Source of the DNA: Chitinophaga pinensis
GTDB lineage: Bacteria; Bacteroidota; Bacteroidia; NS11-12g; UBA955
Length of the DNA stretch: 64,000 bases
Assembly (NCBI GenBank): GCA_945865625.1
Contig: CAMBFD010000003.1
Span: forward strand, 1,954-65,953
Direction: 5' to 3'
Of the stretch, positions 1 to 10,013 are shown one piece after another. The notes beneath the pieces were generated by a model. It searched no databases. It was given only the letters and a program-made list of their open reading frames with translations, and was not told the DNA's origin. A program made the translations under genes and the position numbers. Position 1 is the stretch's first letter; every line of letters starts with the position of its first letter.

Positions 1-2044
1 TGAATTGGTCGATGATAATTTGAGCACCGTTAGAGAAGTCACCAAATTGCGCTTCCCAAAGGGTCAACCCGTTTGGAGTGGTTGTGCTGTAACCATATTC
101 AAATCCCAATGCAGCATACTCGCTTAACAAAGAGTTATATACACTGAATTTGGCTTGTTTGTCAGAGATATTATTCAAGGGAATGTATTCTGCTTCGCCA
201 ACTTCTTGTTTAATTACGGCATGACGGTGACTAAATGTTCCACGTTCCACATCTTGCCCTACTAGACGCACAGGATGTCCCTCATGAAGTAAAGTAGCAT
301 AAGCCAACAATTCCCCCATAGCCCAATCAATGGTGCCATTGTCAATCATCTTTTTGCGGTCTGCAAACAGATTTTGTACCTTTTTAATGGGTTGATTAGA
401 TTCAGGGATATTAGAAATTTTAGTTCCAACTTCTTTCAAGGTTTTCAAATCAACCTTTGTGTTGGCAACCAATTGAATGTCTTTTTTGTCGGAGTGTTTA
501 AATCCTTCCCAAGTATTTTTTACTGGGATAGGTTTTGGTTTGAAATCACCTTTTGCCTCTTCAAATTTTTCTTGAAGGAGTTCTTGAAATTTCTTTTCCA
601 TTTCTACAGCCAATGCCGCATCAATTTCACCACGCTCAAGGAGTTGTTGTTTGTAAATTTCTCTCGGATTAGGGTGCTTATCAATAAGCTTGTACATTTC
701 AGGCTGAGTGAAACGAGGTTCATCGCCTTCATTGTGTCCATATTTTCGATAACCTAAAAGGTCAATGAAAATATCTGATTTAAATTCTAAACGGTATGCC
801 ATTGCCAATTTTACGGCGTGAACAACGGCTTCTAAATCGTCGGCGTTTACATGTAAAACTGGAGAAAGGGTAATTTTGGCAACATCGGTGCAATAGGTTG
901 AAGTTCTTGCGTCTAGGTAATTGGTTGTAAATCCAATTTGATTATTTGTTGCTATGTGAATGGTGCCACCTACATAATAGGCTTCCAACCCACTCATTTG
1001 AACCACTTCTAATCCGATACCTTGACCTGCAAGTGCAGCATCACCATGGATTAAGATCGGGCAAATTTTTTCAACGTCGCCGTTGTATTTATGATCTAAT
1101 TTTGCTTTTACCAATCCTTTTACCACTGGATTTACAGCTTCTAAATGACTTGGATTGTCGGCCAATCTTAAGTGAACTTTTTTACCAGCGGCAGTATCAA
1201 CATCAACACTGTAGCCCAAATGGTATTTTACATCTCCTTCAAAATCGTCAAAATCTCCACCTTGGAATACTTTGCCTTCAAATTCAGAGAATATTTGGCT
1301 GTAGGTTTTGTTAAAAATATTTGCAAGCACGTTCAAACGACCACGGTGAGCCATTCCCAATACAAATTCATCAACTCCTAAGCCTGCGCCGTATTGAATC
1401 ACAGCATCTAAAGCAGGAATCAACGCTTCAAGTCCCTCAAGAGAAAAGCGTTTTTGTCCAATAAATTTCTTATGAAGGAAATTTTCAAATACCGTTGCTT
1501 GATTGACTTTATCAAGGAAATGACGTTTTTCATCAATGGTTAAATCAGGTATATTTTGTGTTCCCTCAAAGCGGTCTTGTAACCATTTACGGCGTTTTGT
1601 ATCGCGGATGTATGCAAATTCACAACCAATGCTGTGGCAATAGGTTTTGTTGAGTTTTGCAACAATATCTTTCAATTTTGCTGCACCCAATCCTACCTCG
1701 GCACCTGCGTTGAACGTTTTTTCAAGATCAGCTTTTTCTAAACCGTAATTTTCAATATCCAAATTAGGGGAATATTGGCGTCGTTGACGAAGTGGATTGG
1801 TTTTGCTAAATAAATGGCCCATGCTTCTGTATCCATGAATCAGATTCAAAACGTGAATCTCCTTCATTGCATCATCGCTAATTGCTCCGCCAGTAGGTTG
1901 TTTTTGAGCCCCTAAATCAAATCCTTCAAAAAATTTTCTCCAACCAAAATCAACGCTTTCTTTGTCGTTTTGATATTGGCTATACAAATTGTCGATAGCC
2001 GTAGGATCGGCATTCATTAGGTAAGATGTATCAGGTGCGCTCAT
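1..2044 (-). CDS. sucA: 2-oxoglutarate dehydrogenase E1 component, N-terminal ~680 codons (gene continues past the left edge)
   Basis: Absent from the ORF track because it is open at the window edge. My minus-strand translation from ATG 2044-2042 reads MSAPDTSYLMNADPTAIDNLYSQYQNDKESVDFGWRKFFEGF. In-frame GVDEFVLGMAHRGRLNVLANIFN at ~1320-1390 is typical of SucA. Confidence 0.85.
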   Translation of the reverse strand, partial: MSAPDTSYLMNADPTAIDNLYSQYQNDKESVDFGWRKFFEGFDLGAQKQPTGGAISDDAMKEIHVLNLIHGYRSMGHLFSKTNPLRQRRQYSPNLDIENYGLEKADLEKTFNAGAEVGLGAAKLKDIVAKLNKTYCHSIGCEFAYIRDTKRRKWLQDRFEGTQNIPDLTIDEKRHFLDKVNQATVFENFLHKKFIGQKRFSLEGLEALIPALDAVIQYGAGLGVDEFVLGMAHRGRLNVLANIFNKTYSQIFSEFEGKVFQGGDFDDFEGDVKYHLGYSVDVDTAAGKKVHLRLADNPSHLEAVNPVVKGLVKAKLDHKYNGDVEKICPILIHGDAALAGQGIGLEVVQMSGLEAYYVGGTIHIATNNQIGFTTNYLDARTSTYCTDVAKITLSPVLHVNADDLEAVVHAVKLAMAYRLEFKSDIFIDLLGYRKYGHNEGDEPRFTQPEMYKLIDKHPNPREIYKQQLLERGEIDAALAVEMEKKFQELLQEKFEEAKGDFKPKPIPVKNTWEGFKHSDKKDIQLVANTKVDLKTLKEVGTKISNIPESNQPIKKVQNLFADRKKMIDNGTIDWAMGELLAYATLLHEGHPVRLVGQDVERGTFSHRHAVIKQEVGEAEYIPLNNISDKQAKFSVYNSLLSEYAALGFEYGYSTTTPNGLTLWEAQFGDFSNGAQIIIDQF

Positions 2045-2097
2045 GAGTGAATATGAGTGCAAATTTACCTAAAAAAAAGTGTTTGGCACAATGAATT

Positions 2098-2937
2098 TTA
2101 AGGAATTCGCGAAACGATGGTAAACACCACCGCCGCGAACAAGAAAGCGTCGAATCTGTCTAACATTCCACCATGACCTGGAAGGATATTTCCACTGTCT
2201 TTTACCCCTGCTTTTCTTTTAAGTGAACTTTCAAATAAATCGCCCATTGTTCCAAAAATGGATATGGAAATTCCTAAGATAATTCCTTTTAATGGATTGA
2301 AAATATGGTAATTGTCTGATCCAATGAATCCACCATTGGGTTCCAATAAATATTGTACAATGAGATATCCTGTAAGTCCCGATAAAATAGTTCCACCTAT
2401 GAGTCCTTCCCAAGTTTTACCTGGAGAAATTTTTGGAGCTAATTTGTGTTTCCCAAACAATTTACCTGCCACATAAGCCCAAGAGTCAGAAGACCAAACT
2501 AAGATCATGAGCATGATTGGAAGTAAAGCGTTGTAATGCGTAAAATATGATTTTGTGTAAGGCGTTAAGGTGAAAAGTAAAAGGGGAATTGAAATGTATA
2601 AGTGATTGACAATTAAATTCATATTGAATATTTTATTTTCTTTTTTAGTATAATTGAATCCAAGAAGAATTGGTAAAAATATGGCAATGCTTTTCCATAA
2701 ATTATGTAAATCTGAATTGTTTATTTGTCTGAAAAATAGGATGATGAAAAAATAAAATAGGCTGATTGTTAAATTTAATGTGGTCAATTTCCCTTTGAGT
2801 TTTAACCATTCAAAATGACAACCTATGCCAATGATAATTGCCAACGTTGTGATGCCCCATTGTCCTTGCAATATCAAGAAAATAACAAGTGCAATCATGA
2901 AGATTCCACTGACAACGCGTGTCCAAAAATTATTCAT
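2098..2937 (-). CDS. cdsA: phosphatidate cytidylyltransferase
   Basis: Multi-TM protein with KISPGKTWEG and a C-terminal GHGGMLDRFD signature. Confidence 0.85.
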   Translation of the reverse strand: MNNFWTRVVSGIFMIALVIFLILQGQWGITTLAIIIGIGCHFEWLKLKGKLTTLNLTISLFYFFIILFFRQINNSDLHNLWKSIAIFLPILLGFNYTKKENKIFNMNLIVNHLYISIPLLLFTLTPYTKSYFTHYNALLPIMLMILVWSSDSWAYVAGKLFGKHKLAPKISPGKTWEGLIGGTILSGLTGYLIVQYLLEPNGGFIGSDNYHIFNPLKGIILGISISIFGTMGDLFESSLKRKAGVKDSGNILPGHGGMLDRFDAFLFAAVVFTIVSRIP

Positions 2938-3856
2938 TGTTTTTTAATTTAGTTAACTGAAAGATCGAATATCCAAATATAATGGATGCAGGAATTGCTA
3001 CAAAAAAATTATTGAATATTTGTTCAATTTCGAACATCACGCCAGTTTTTTCGAAATTTCTTAAAATAGCAAAATGAATCACAATTGTAATGCCATTAAA
3101 TATAAAATGGGTAAATGTATTGTACCATAAATTGTTGAACTTGTATGAGATGTAACCCAACAATGCACCCATAAGCAATATTCCAGGAAATTCATAAAAA
3201 GAAAAGTGCATTGCAGCAAAAACAATGGCCTGAAACATGAGTGCTTTTCTAGGTTTCGAAAATTGGTTGAGTCCAATTTTGAGTATAATCCCTCTAAAAA
3301 CAAATTCTTCAAGCACTGCTGGCATGAATGCTAAAATGAAAATACAGAAAATGAGTTCCGGATATGTTTGCATATCTAAAAGATTCTCAAATAAATGTGT
3401 TCTTCCATATTCCATTTTGTTTGCAAAGTTTTCAATTCCTGCAGGCCAAGGAAATTGTTTCATTAAAGCAACAATCACTGAAACAACGGGCAAGGCAGTT
3501 GCCCCAATAAGTGCGCCCCAGAGTAAATTTCTACCTTTTATTTTTTGATTGTATCCCCCAAAATCATTGAATTTAGCTCTGTTGAACAACACAAACAAAA
3601 TTGCTGGAATACCCATGTAGAAGAAAAATTGAATCAAATTAGAGATTCTGCCAATATTGATCGCCATTGCAGTTCCATCCGGATGCATCATGAGGGATTT
3701 GACTTCTTCTACAGACAGATGGTAAATTTTTGCCAATGCGTATAGAGAAATTCCGTAACCTACAATTTGAAACAGTAGAATAAATACGAGTAAAATGACA
3801 AGTCCCCAAATATTCAGAAAAATGTTTTTGGACGATGTTAGGTTAAAGGAGCTCAT
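2930..3856 (-). CDS. CPBP family intramembrane glutamic endopeptidase (CAAX protease-like)
   Basis: Polytopic membrane protein with EEFVFRG and FAAMH motifs. Overlaps cdsA by 8 nt. Confidence 0.75.
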   Translation of the reverse strand: MSSFNLTSSKNIFLNIWGLVILLVFILLFQIVGYGISLYALAKIYHLSVEEVKSLMMHPDGTAMAINIGRISNLIQFFFYMGIPAILFVLFNRAKFNDFGGYNQKIKGRNLLWGALIGATALPVVSVIVALMKQFPWPAGIENFANKMEYGRTHLFENLLDMQTYPELIFCIFILAFMPAVLEEFVFRGIILKIGLNQFSKPRKALMFQAIVFAAMHFSFYEFPGILLMGALLGYISYKFNNLWYNTFTHFIFNGITIVIHFAILRNFEKTGVMFEIEQIFNNFFVAIPASIIFGYSIFQLTKLKNNE

Positions 3857-3862
3857 TGATAT

Positions 3863-3870
3863 TAAATTTG
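3863..3870 (+). promoter_or_regulatory. Bacteroidota -7 box TAAATTTG, 7 nt upstream of the dusB start
   Basis: Matches TAnnTTTG. Only 21 nt separate the divergent CPBP and dusB starts. Confidence 0.45.
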
Positions 3871-3877
3871 CACAAAA

Positions 3878-4867
3878 TTGGTGAAAATTGGTGACATAGC
3901 GTTAGGAGATTTTCCATTGTTGTTAGCTCCAATGGAAGATGTGAGCGATCCTCCATTCCGTTTTGTTTGCAAACAAAATGGTGCAGACCTTATGTATACT
4001 GAGTTTATTAGTAGCGAAGGACTCATCCGAGATGCGGCAAAAAGTGTCCAAAAATTAGATATTTTTGAATATGAAAGACCAATAGGTATTCAAATTTTTG
4101 GTGCCGAAATTGATTCTATGGTGGAAGCTACGAAAATTGCTACCCAAGTGAATCCTGATTTAATTGACATAAATTACGGTTGTCCTGTAAAAAAAGTAAC
4201 CTGTAAAGGTGCTGGCGCAGGAATATTAACAAACCCAGTAAAAATGATGGCCATGACCAAAGCCATAGTGGAAGCTACGCATTTACCGGTAACTGTTAAA
4301 ACAAGATTGGGCTGGGATGAAAGCACCAAGAATATTGTGGATGTTGCAGAACGACTACAAGATGTTGGTATACAAGCTTTGAGTATTCACGGCAGAACCC
4401 GTGTGCAATTATACAAAGGTGAAGCAGATTGGACTTTGATAGGGGAGGTTAAAAATAACCCTAGAATGAAAATTCCGATATTCGGTAATGGAGATATCGA
4501 CTCTCCTCAAAAAGCTTTGGAATATAAAAATCGATATGGGGTAGATGGCATTATGATTGGCCGTGCCAGCATTGGTCATCCTTGGATTTTTAGAGAAATT
4601 AAACATTTTGTTGCAACTGGAGAAGTGCTTGATGGCCCTACGATCGAAGAACGCGTTGAAGCGTGTAATACACATTTCGAAAAATCTATTGCTTGGAAAG
4701 GTGAACGCGTGGGTTTGGTTGAAATGCGCAGACATTATGCAAATTATTTTAAAGGGCTTACACATTTCAAGGATTTTAGAATGAAATTGGTTCAAACTGA
4801 AAGTATTTCAGAAGTATATCAAATTTTAAATTCAATTGCTAAGGAATATCAAGATTTCGTATTCTAA
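3878..4867 (+). CDS. dusB: tRNA-dihydrouridine synthase B
   Basis: LAPMEDVSDPPFR, INYGCPVKKV and HGRTR motifs. 329 aa. Apparent TTG start. Confidence 0.9.
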   Translation: MVKIGDIALGDFPLLLAPMEDVSDPPFRFVCKQNGADLMYTEFISSEGLIRDAAKSVQKLDIFEYERPIGIQIFGAEIDSMVEATKIATQVNPDLIDINYGCPVKKVTCKGAGAGILTNPVKMMAMTKAIVEATHLPVTVKTRLGWDESTKNIVDVAERLQDVGIQALSIHGRTRVQLYKGEADWTLIGEVKNNPRMKIPIFGNGDIDSPQKALEYKNRYGVDGIMIGRASIGHPWIFREIKHFVATGEVLDGPTIEERVEACNTHFEKSIAWKGERVGLVEMRRHYANYFKGLTHFKDFRMKLVQTESISEVYQILNSIAKEYQDFVF

Positions 4868-4906
4868 TAAATTTGATCGGAAATTTTTTTGATTGCTAAA
4901 AAATCC

Positions 4907-4914
4907 TACATTTG
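4907..4914 (+). promoter_or_regulatory. -7 box TACATTTG, 19 nt upstream of the T9SS cargo ATG
   Basis: Matches TAnnTTTG. Confidence 0.45.
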
Positions 4915-4933
4915 CTATTAGAGAAATTTATTT

Positions 4934-7027
4934 ATGAAAAAAATATTACTAATTGTAGGTATGTTTTGCAGCGCTCAATTCGTTAGTGCGCAGTATTATA
5001 ACATCCCTTTTGCTAAAGCAGGTCAGAATCCTGGTGGCGTGAATCCTGACGGAGAAAATCCTTATCCATCTGCAGGCAATACAGGTTGGACAAACCTTTG
5101 GAATGGAGATGCAACGGCAACTACGAGCTATCTTGCTGAACAAACAATTCCATTTGCATTTAAATTTAATGGTGCTGCAGTCACAAAATACACACCAAGT
5201 AATTTTGGTACAGTTTCATTTGATGCAGGTACACCAACTGTAAAACCTAGTGCATTTTCGAATATAACTTTGCCTTCAGCTCAAATTCCTGATAATTCAG
5301 TTTGTGCGTTGGGAATAACTCCTAAAAGTGTTGTGAGTGGAACTAGCACTTATAAAAGTGCTGTAATGAAAAAGACTTATGGTACTGCACCAAATCGTCA
5401 ACATTGGATTTGGTTTAACTTTTTTGGTGAAGCAAATATCAATTCTGGTTGGACATATTGGGCAATTGTTTTGGAAGAAACCACAAACAATATTTACATT
5501 GTTGACATGAAAACTTTGTGTGTGACTACCGCTGGTGCATTATGCACTAGCAATGTTAAAATGTCTTTGGGCATTCAAACTATCAGCACCACTGCATATT
5601 CTGTTGCGGGTTCTCCAAATGTTGGTGCAAAACAAATTACAGAGAATGTATTTACAGCTGCTGATAATAGTTACTACCAATTTATTCAAGGAAATCAGCC
5701 TCAGAATGATGTAAGAGGTGTGAAGGTTACAATGAGCCCTTACCAAATGATGACAAGTCCAATCACAATTACAGCTAATTTCATGAACTATGGTTCTGCT
5801 GCTGTAAAATCATGTGATTTGAACTATTCAGTAGATGGTGGTTCGGTTGTAACTGCAGCTGCTTCTTCAGTGAATATTGCTTCATTAGCTAGCGCTGATA
5901 TGTCTCACGCTACAAAATGGTCCCCCTCTGCCGTTGGAAAATACACAATTAAAGTTTGGGCTTCAAACATCAACGGCAATGCTGATGAGAATTTAACAAA
6001 TGATACTGCAGTGTTGCAAATTTCCGTATTAGACAAATTTGCACCGCGTAAAATTTTAAATGAAATTTTCACTTCGTCTACTTGTGGTCCTTGTGTTCCT
6101 GGTAACTCTAACTACGTAAAAGTTACGACTGGAAAAACTCAACACTCTACAATAAAATATCAAGTATATTTCCCTGGTGCTGGAGATCCATATTGTACAC
6201 AAGAGGTTAGAGATAGGGCTAGTTATTACATGCCAACCAGTCTTTCTGTTCCGAGAATGGAAGTAGATGGTGGTTGGGACGCTAATGCATCTTCATTTAC
6301 TTCAGCTTTGTACGATCAATTTAGCGCAAAACCTTCATACTTAGAAATTACAGGTTCTGTAGGTTTAACGTGGAAGAATAAAATTACTGCGGATATTACT
6401 TTAAATCCTTTGGCTGACAATGGCTCTAGTAACTTGAAATTATTTGCTGTAATTACAGAAGGAACTACTTTCTGGAATAAAAAGACAAACGGTGAAACAA
6501 AGTTCGAGAATGTGATGAAGAAAATGATGCCAAATAGTTCAGGTATGGCAATTTCAGCATTTACCAAAGACCAAAGCGTCAATAAATCTTTGTCATTCTC
6601 ATTTGTAGGTAATTATCGTTTGCCTAACGATGGATCAGTTGCTCAACATATCAAAGATGCAACAGAAAACAGTGTTGAAAGTTGGGACGATTTGGTTGTT
6701 GTAGTTTTCGTTCAAGATGCTACAACTAAAGAAGTTTTACAATCTGAGACTTTCCCTATAACACTCACAGGCGTTGATGCATTTGAGCAAGGAATTAAAT
6801 TGTACCCTAACCCAGCTAACGAAATGTTTAACTTGAAAGTTTCAAGTTTAGCTTCTGAAACAGCTGTGGTTAAAGTAATAAATATCAAAGGACAAGTTGT
6901 TTATACTGGTTCTTTGGTTGATGGTAAATCTCAAATCAATGTTGCTAATTTGAGCGAAGGTGTTTACGTTGTTAGCGTGAATGCTGGATCTAAAAATTTG
7001 AACACCAAAATGGTTGTTCGCCACTAA
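4934..7027 (+). CDS. secreted T9SS cargo protein with a CARDB-like domain, a thioredoxin-like/Omp28-related domain (CGPC) and a type A C-terminal sorting domain
   Basis: Signal peptide MKKILLIVGMFCSAQFVSAQ. C-terminal KLYPNPANEMFNLKV...GVYVVSVNAGSKNLNTKMVV is typical of a Por/T9SS CTD. FTSSTCGPCVPGN motif present. Confidence 0.7.
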   Translation: MKKILLIVGMFCSAQFVSAQYYNIPFAKAGQNPGGVNPDGENPYPSAGNTGWTNLWNGDATATTSYLAEQTIPFAFKFNGAAVTKYTPSNFGTVSFDAGTPTVKPSAFSNITLPSAQIPDNSVCALGITPKSVVSGTSTYKSAVMKKTYGTAPNRQHWIWFNFFGEANINSGWTYWAIVLEETTNNIYIVDMKTLCVTTAGALCTSNVKMSLGIQTISTTAYSVAGSPNVGAKQITENVFTAADNSYYQFIQGNQPQNDVRGVKVTMSPYQMMTSPITITANFMNYGSAAVKSCDLNYSVDGGSVVTAAASSVNIASLASADMSHATKWSPSAVGKYTIKVWASNINGNADENLTNDTAVLQISVLDKFAPRKILNEIFTSSTCGPCVPGNSNYVKVTTGKTQHSTIKYQVYFPGAGDPYCTQEVRDRASYYMPTSLSVPRMEVDGGWDANASSFTSALYDQFSAKPSYLEITGSVGLTWKNKITADITLNPLADNGSSNLKLFAVITEGTTFWNKKTNGETKFENVMKKMMPNSSGMAISAFTKDQSVNKSLSFSFVGNYRLPNDGSVAQHIKDATENSVESWDDLVVVVFVQDATTKEVLQSETFPITLTGVDAFEQGIKLYPNPANEMFNLKVSSLASETAVVKVINIKGQVVYTGSLVDGKSQINVANLSEGVYVVSVNAGSKNLNTKMVVRH

Positions 7028-7062
7028 TAGAAACTAACTAAACTAAACTAAATAACAGGAAG

Positions 7063-7086
7063 GGAGCCAGAAATGGCTCCTTTTTT
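7063..7086 (+). terminator. rho-independent terminator after the T9SS cargo gene
   Basis: GGAGCCA-GAAA-TGGCTCC followed by TTTTTT. Confidence 0.8.
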
Positions 7087-7099
7087 GTTTGATTTGGAT

Positions 7100-7107
7100 T
7101 ACCTTTG
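7100..7107 (+). promoter_or_regulatory. -7 box TACCTTTG, 34 nt upstream of the trhO ATG 7142
   Basis: Matches TAnnTTTG, just downstream of a terminator. Confidence 0.4.
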
Positions 7108-7141
7108 TGGAACTTTTAATAATTTAACTATCTATCCCACC

Positions 7142-8161
7142 ATGTTATTGCGAAACATCGTTAGTCGGGAGGAGTTAAAGCGTAGAATGGATGCCGATGA
7201 GCGCCCTTATACTACGGTCTCCTTCTATCGTTATTACCAAATTGAGAATCCCTCAGATTTTAGAGATCAATTGTTTTTAGATTGGCAACAATTTGAAGTT
7301 GTTGGCAGAGTTTATGTTGCCAATGAAGGAATCAACGCGCAAATTGCGATGCCCTCGATATATTTTGAGGGATTTAAGGAGGCGCTTTACTCAATAGATT
7401 TTTTGAATCATATACTTTTGAACGCAGCCATCGACGAGCGTCAAAAATCGTTTATCAAACTCGATATTAAAGCACGTTCGAAAATTGTTGCCGATGGTAT
7501 TGATGACGCAACTTTTGATCCTTCAAACACCGGAAATTACTTGGAGGCCGAAGGTTGGAATGAAATGATGAATGATCCGTCTACAGTGCTTATAGATATG
7601 CGCAATCATTACGAAAGCGAGGTTGGTAAATTTGAAAACGCAAGTTGCCCAGATGCTGATACATTTAGAGAAGAATTGAAATTGGTAATTGATGAATACC
7701 AGGAAACCAAAGATAAAAGAATTTTAATGTATTGTACTGGCGGCATTCGATGTGAAAAAGCAAGTGCTTGGATGAAACACAATGGTTTTAATGAAGTTTA
7801 TCATTTAAAAGGCGGAATTATTAACTATGTGAATCAAGTGAAGGCTAATAGCCTTGAGAATAAGTTTAAAGGCGTAAATTTTGTATTTGATCAGAGATTG
7901 CACGAAAGGGTGAGTGATGATGTGTTAGCATCTTGTCATCAATGCGGTAAACCTGCCGACATTCACATTAATTGCGCCAACCAGGGCTGTCATCTGTTAT
8001 TTATTCAATGCGATGAATGTGCTCAAAAATACAATCATTGTTGTAGTGATAAATGCAAAGAAATTGTAGCCATGCCAGAAGAATTGCAAAAGGAAATGAG
8101 GAAGGGCAAACCTGCAGGAAGAATATTTAGCAAAGGGAGATTTAACGCCTCAACAGAATAA
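7142..8161 (+). CDS. trhO: rhodanese-domain tRNA uridine(34) hydroxylase (UPF0176/TrhO family)
   Basis: YCTGGIRCEKASAWM rhodanese active-site loop and a Cys-rich C-terminus. I moved the start to ATG 7142 because the track start at 7073 lies inside the upstream terminator hairpin. Confidence 0.8.
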   Translation: MLLRNIVSREELKRRMDADERPYTTVSFYRYYQIENPSDFRDQLFLDWQQFEVVGRVYVANEGINAQIAMPSIYFEGFKEALYSIDFLNHILLNAAIDERQKSFIKLDIKARSKIVADGIDDATFDPSNTGNYLEAEGWNEMMNDPSTVLIDMRNHYESEVGKFENASCPDADTFREELKLVIDEYQETKDKRILMYCTGGIRCEKASAWMKHNGFNEVYHLKGGIINYVNQVKANSLENKFKGVNFVFDQRLHERVSDDVLASCHQCGKPADIHINCANQGCHLLFIQCDECAQKYNHCCSDKCKEIVAMPEELQKEMRKGKPAGRIFSKGRFNASTE

Positions 8162-8336
8162 AGTTGATTTTTCTGCGTTATTATCAATGATTTTCTTGTG
8201 TGAAAATTTTCTGAGGTCAAAAATGGTTACTAAATAAGACATTTATTTTCAAAATCAAAAAAGAATGTTAGAAATAGCAATAAGACAATTATATTCGCAC
8301 TTTTTAAATTAAAAATTGATAAAATTGAACATCATA

Positions 8337-9026
8337 ATGGCTAAGTCACAGAGAAGCTTGAGTAATCATATCAAGGTCTTTTTATTATTATTTGCATTCG
8401 TAGTTTGCGGATATTCAAATGGGCAGTGGGATACTGGAGGAGGTTCAACGGATACCGCGATGGCTGCAGGCACGGGAGATTCTTTGGTTGTTGTTCCGAA
8501 GAAAGTGGTATACACACGTTTTGTGCCACCTTACGATAGTATGCGTGAGATTATCTTTTACGAGGGCGTTGTTGAGAATGAGGAATGTGACATGTGTACA
8601 GCAGACTCTTTGTATTGGAGAGCGAAGCGATTTTTAACTAAAAAGTATGGCAAGGCTGTTTTTAAGAAGATGTTGGTTGAAGATAAACCTGCAAATCATT
8701 TAACCATTATTGTACAAATTCCTATGGTTGTAGTAAACGGCAAATACAATAAGGCGGCAAAAGGAATGATGGAGTATAAGTTTGTGATACGTTTTCAGGA
8801 TTCTAGGTTTAAATATCAATTTGGCAATTTTACACATTTGCAATCTGGCGAAGGTTTGGTTGGAAATCCTACCAAAACATATCATGAGTACTACATGCGA
8901 GCGAAACGAGGCTATGAGGCAACAGATAAGTTTCTTTTGGCGGCTGACCGTGAGGTAAAAAAGATGGTGGCATCGATTTCTTATGCACTAAAGGCTCCAT
9001 ACAAGCCAGAAGAGGAAGATTGGTAG
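8337..9026 (+). CDS. hypothetical lipoprotein, DUF4468-like
   Basis: Signal/lipobox-like LLLFAFVVCGYS. The SLYWRAKRFL ... YKFVIRFQDSRFKYQFGNFTH pattern resembles DUF4468 proteins. The start could also be 8316. Confidence 0.45.
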   Translation: MAKSQRSLSNHIKVFLLLFAFVVCGYSNGQWDTGGGSTDTAMAAGTGDSLVVVPKKVVYTRFVPPYDSMREIIFYEGVVENEECDMCTADSLYWRAKRFLTKKYGKAVFKKMLVEDKPANHLTIIVQIPMVVVNGKYNKAAKGMMEYKFVIRFQDSRFKYQFGNFTHLQSGEGLVGNPTKTYHEYYMRAKRGYEATDKFLLAADREVKKMVASISYALKAPYKPEEEDW

Positions 9027-9050
9027 TCAACAATTTGACTAAATTTTTTT
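9025..9050 (+). terminator. weak terminator-like hairpin
   Basis: AGTCAA-CAAT-TTGACT, then AAATTTTTTT. The stem is short and AT-rich. Confidence 0.35.
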
Positions 9051-9135
9051 CAATAATTCAGAGATTTTTTAGTGTCTAATAAAATAACTTGTAAAAAAAG
9101 TTTGTGGATATCTTGTTATACGAGAAAATATTTAC

Positions 9136-9143
9136 TATTTTTG
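9136..9143 (+). promoter_or_regulatory. -7 box TATTTTTG, 32 nt upstream of the rplM GTG
   Basis: Matches TAnnTTTG. Confidence 0.4.
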
Positions 9144-9175
9144 CAACCCCAAAAAGAAATCAAGCGTTACGTAAA

Positions 9176-9619
9176 GTGAACCCACTGAGTACATATAAAA
9201 CAATTTCGGTAAACAAAGCAACAGCCACTAAGTGTTGGTATGTTGTAGATGCCGACGGTCAAACATTGGGACGTATGTCGTCTCAGATTGCAATGATCAT
9301 TCGTGGCAAGAACAAGCCAAGTTTCACACCACACGTTGACTGTGGAGACAATGTAATTGTTCTCAATGCTGAAAAAATAGTATTGACAGGAATGAAAATG
9401 GAAAACAAAGAATATTTGCGTCACACTGGATATCCAGGAGGACAAAGAAGTTCTTTGGCTAAGAATGTTAGACCAGAAAAGTTAATTGAAATGGCGATAA
9501 AAGGCATGCTGCCTAAAAACCGTTTAGGAAGAAAGTTGTTTCATAATCTATTTGTTTATGAAGGAACTGAACATCCTCATGTAGCACAACAACCTAAAGA
9601 ATTGAAATTCGATAACTGA
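9176..9619 (+). CDS. rplM: 50S ribosomal protein L13
   Basis: [28 protein letters not shown] is typical of an L13 N-terminus. A GTG start at 9176 gives the usual ~147 aa. The track ORF from 9104 looks over-extended. Confidence 0.9.
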   Translation: MNPLSTYKTISVNKATATKCWYVVDADGQTLGRMSSQIAMIIRGKNKPSFTPHVDCGDNVIVLNAEKIVLTGMKMENKEYLRHTGYPGGQRSSLAKNVRPEKLIEMAIKGMLPKNRLGRKLFHNLFVYEGTEHPHVAQQPKELKFDN

Positions 9620-9624
9620 GAATT

Positions 9625-10005
9625 ATGATAAACAACTCAGGCAGAAGAAAAGCCGCAGTGGCGAGAGTCTACCTCAAGGAGGGAAGCGGACAAGTAATTG
9701 TAAACAATAAAGCATTGGAAGTTTATTTTCCATTAGCATGGCATCAAACATCTGTGCAAGCTCCATTTGCACTTACGGATAACCAAAACAAATACGATGT
9801 TATGGTAAACGTACGTGGCGGTGGAATTAGCGGTCAAGCTGAGGCGATTCGTTTAGGAATCTCTAAGGCGTTGGTAGACATCGATGCAGAATTTAAATCT
9901 GTATTGAGACAAGCGGGTTTCATGACACGTGACTCTCGTGTTGTTGAACGTAAGAAACCAGGTCAAAAGAAAGCGCGTAAGCGTTTCCAATTCTCAAAAC
10001 GTTAA
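9625..10005 (+). CDS. rpsI: 30S ribosomal protein S9
   Basis: [12 protein letters not shown] ... [19 protein letters not shown] ... C-terminal [11 protein letters not shown]. Confidence 0.95.
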   Translation: MINNSGRRKAAVARVYLKEGSGQVIVNNKALEVYFPLAWHQTSVQAPFALTDNQNKYDVMVNVRGGGISGQAEAIRLGISKALVDIDAEFKSVLRQAGFMTRDSRVVERKKPGQKKARKRFQFSKR

Positions 10006-10013
10006 ATATAAAA

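Noticed and set aside
374-1381. Three + strand ORFs (127, 122 and 69 aa) at the left end of the window.
   Set aside because: They lie antisense within a continuous minus-strand reading frame that translates to an unmistakable SucA N-terminal half. Their sequences are low-complexity (F/L/I/C-rich) shadow ORFs.
7034-7052. A short (CTAAA)n-like repeat (CTAA CTAAA CTAAA CTAAA) after the T9SS cargo gene.
   Set aside because: It has only 3-4 units and lies immediately before a strong terminator. It is most simply a stop-rich spacer, and the similarity to the CTAAATCAA units at 50615 is too short to link them.
7073-7141. The ORF-track start of the trhO ORF at 7073.
   Set aside because: That ATG lies in the loop and descending arm of the upstream terminator hairpin, and the extra 23 residues are not family-like. 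ATG 7142 (MLLRNIVSREEL...) is preferred.
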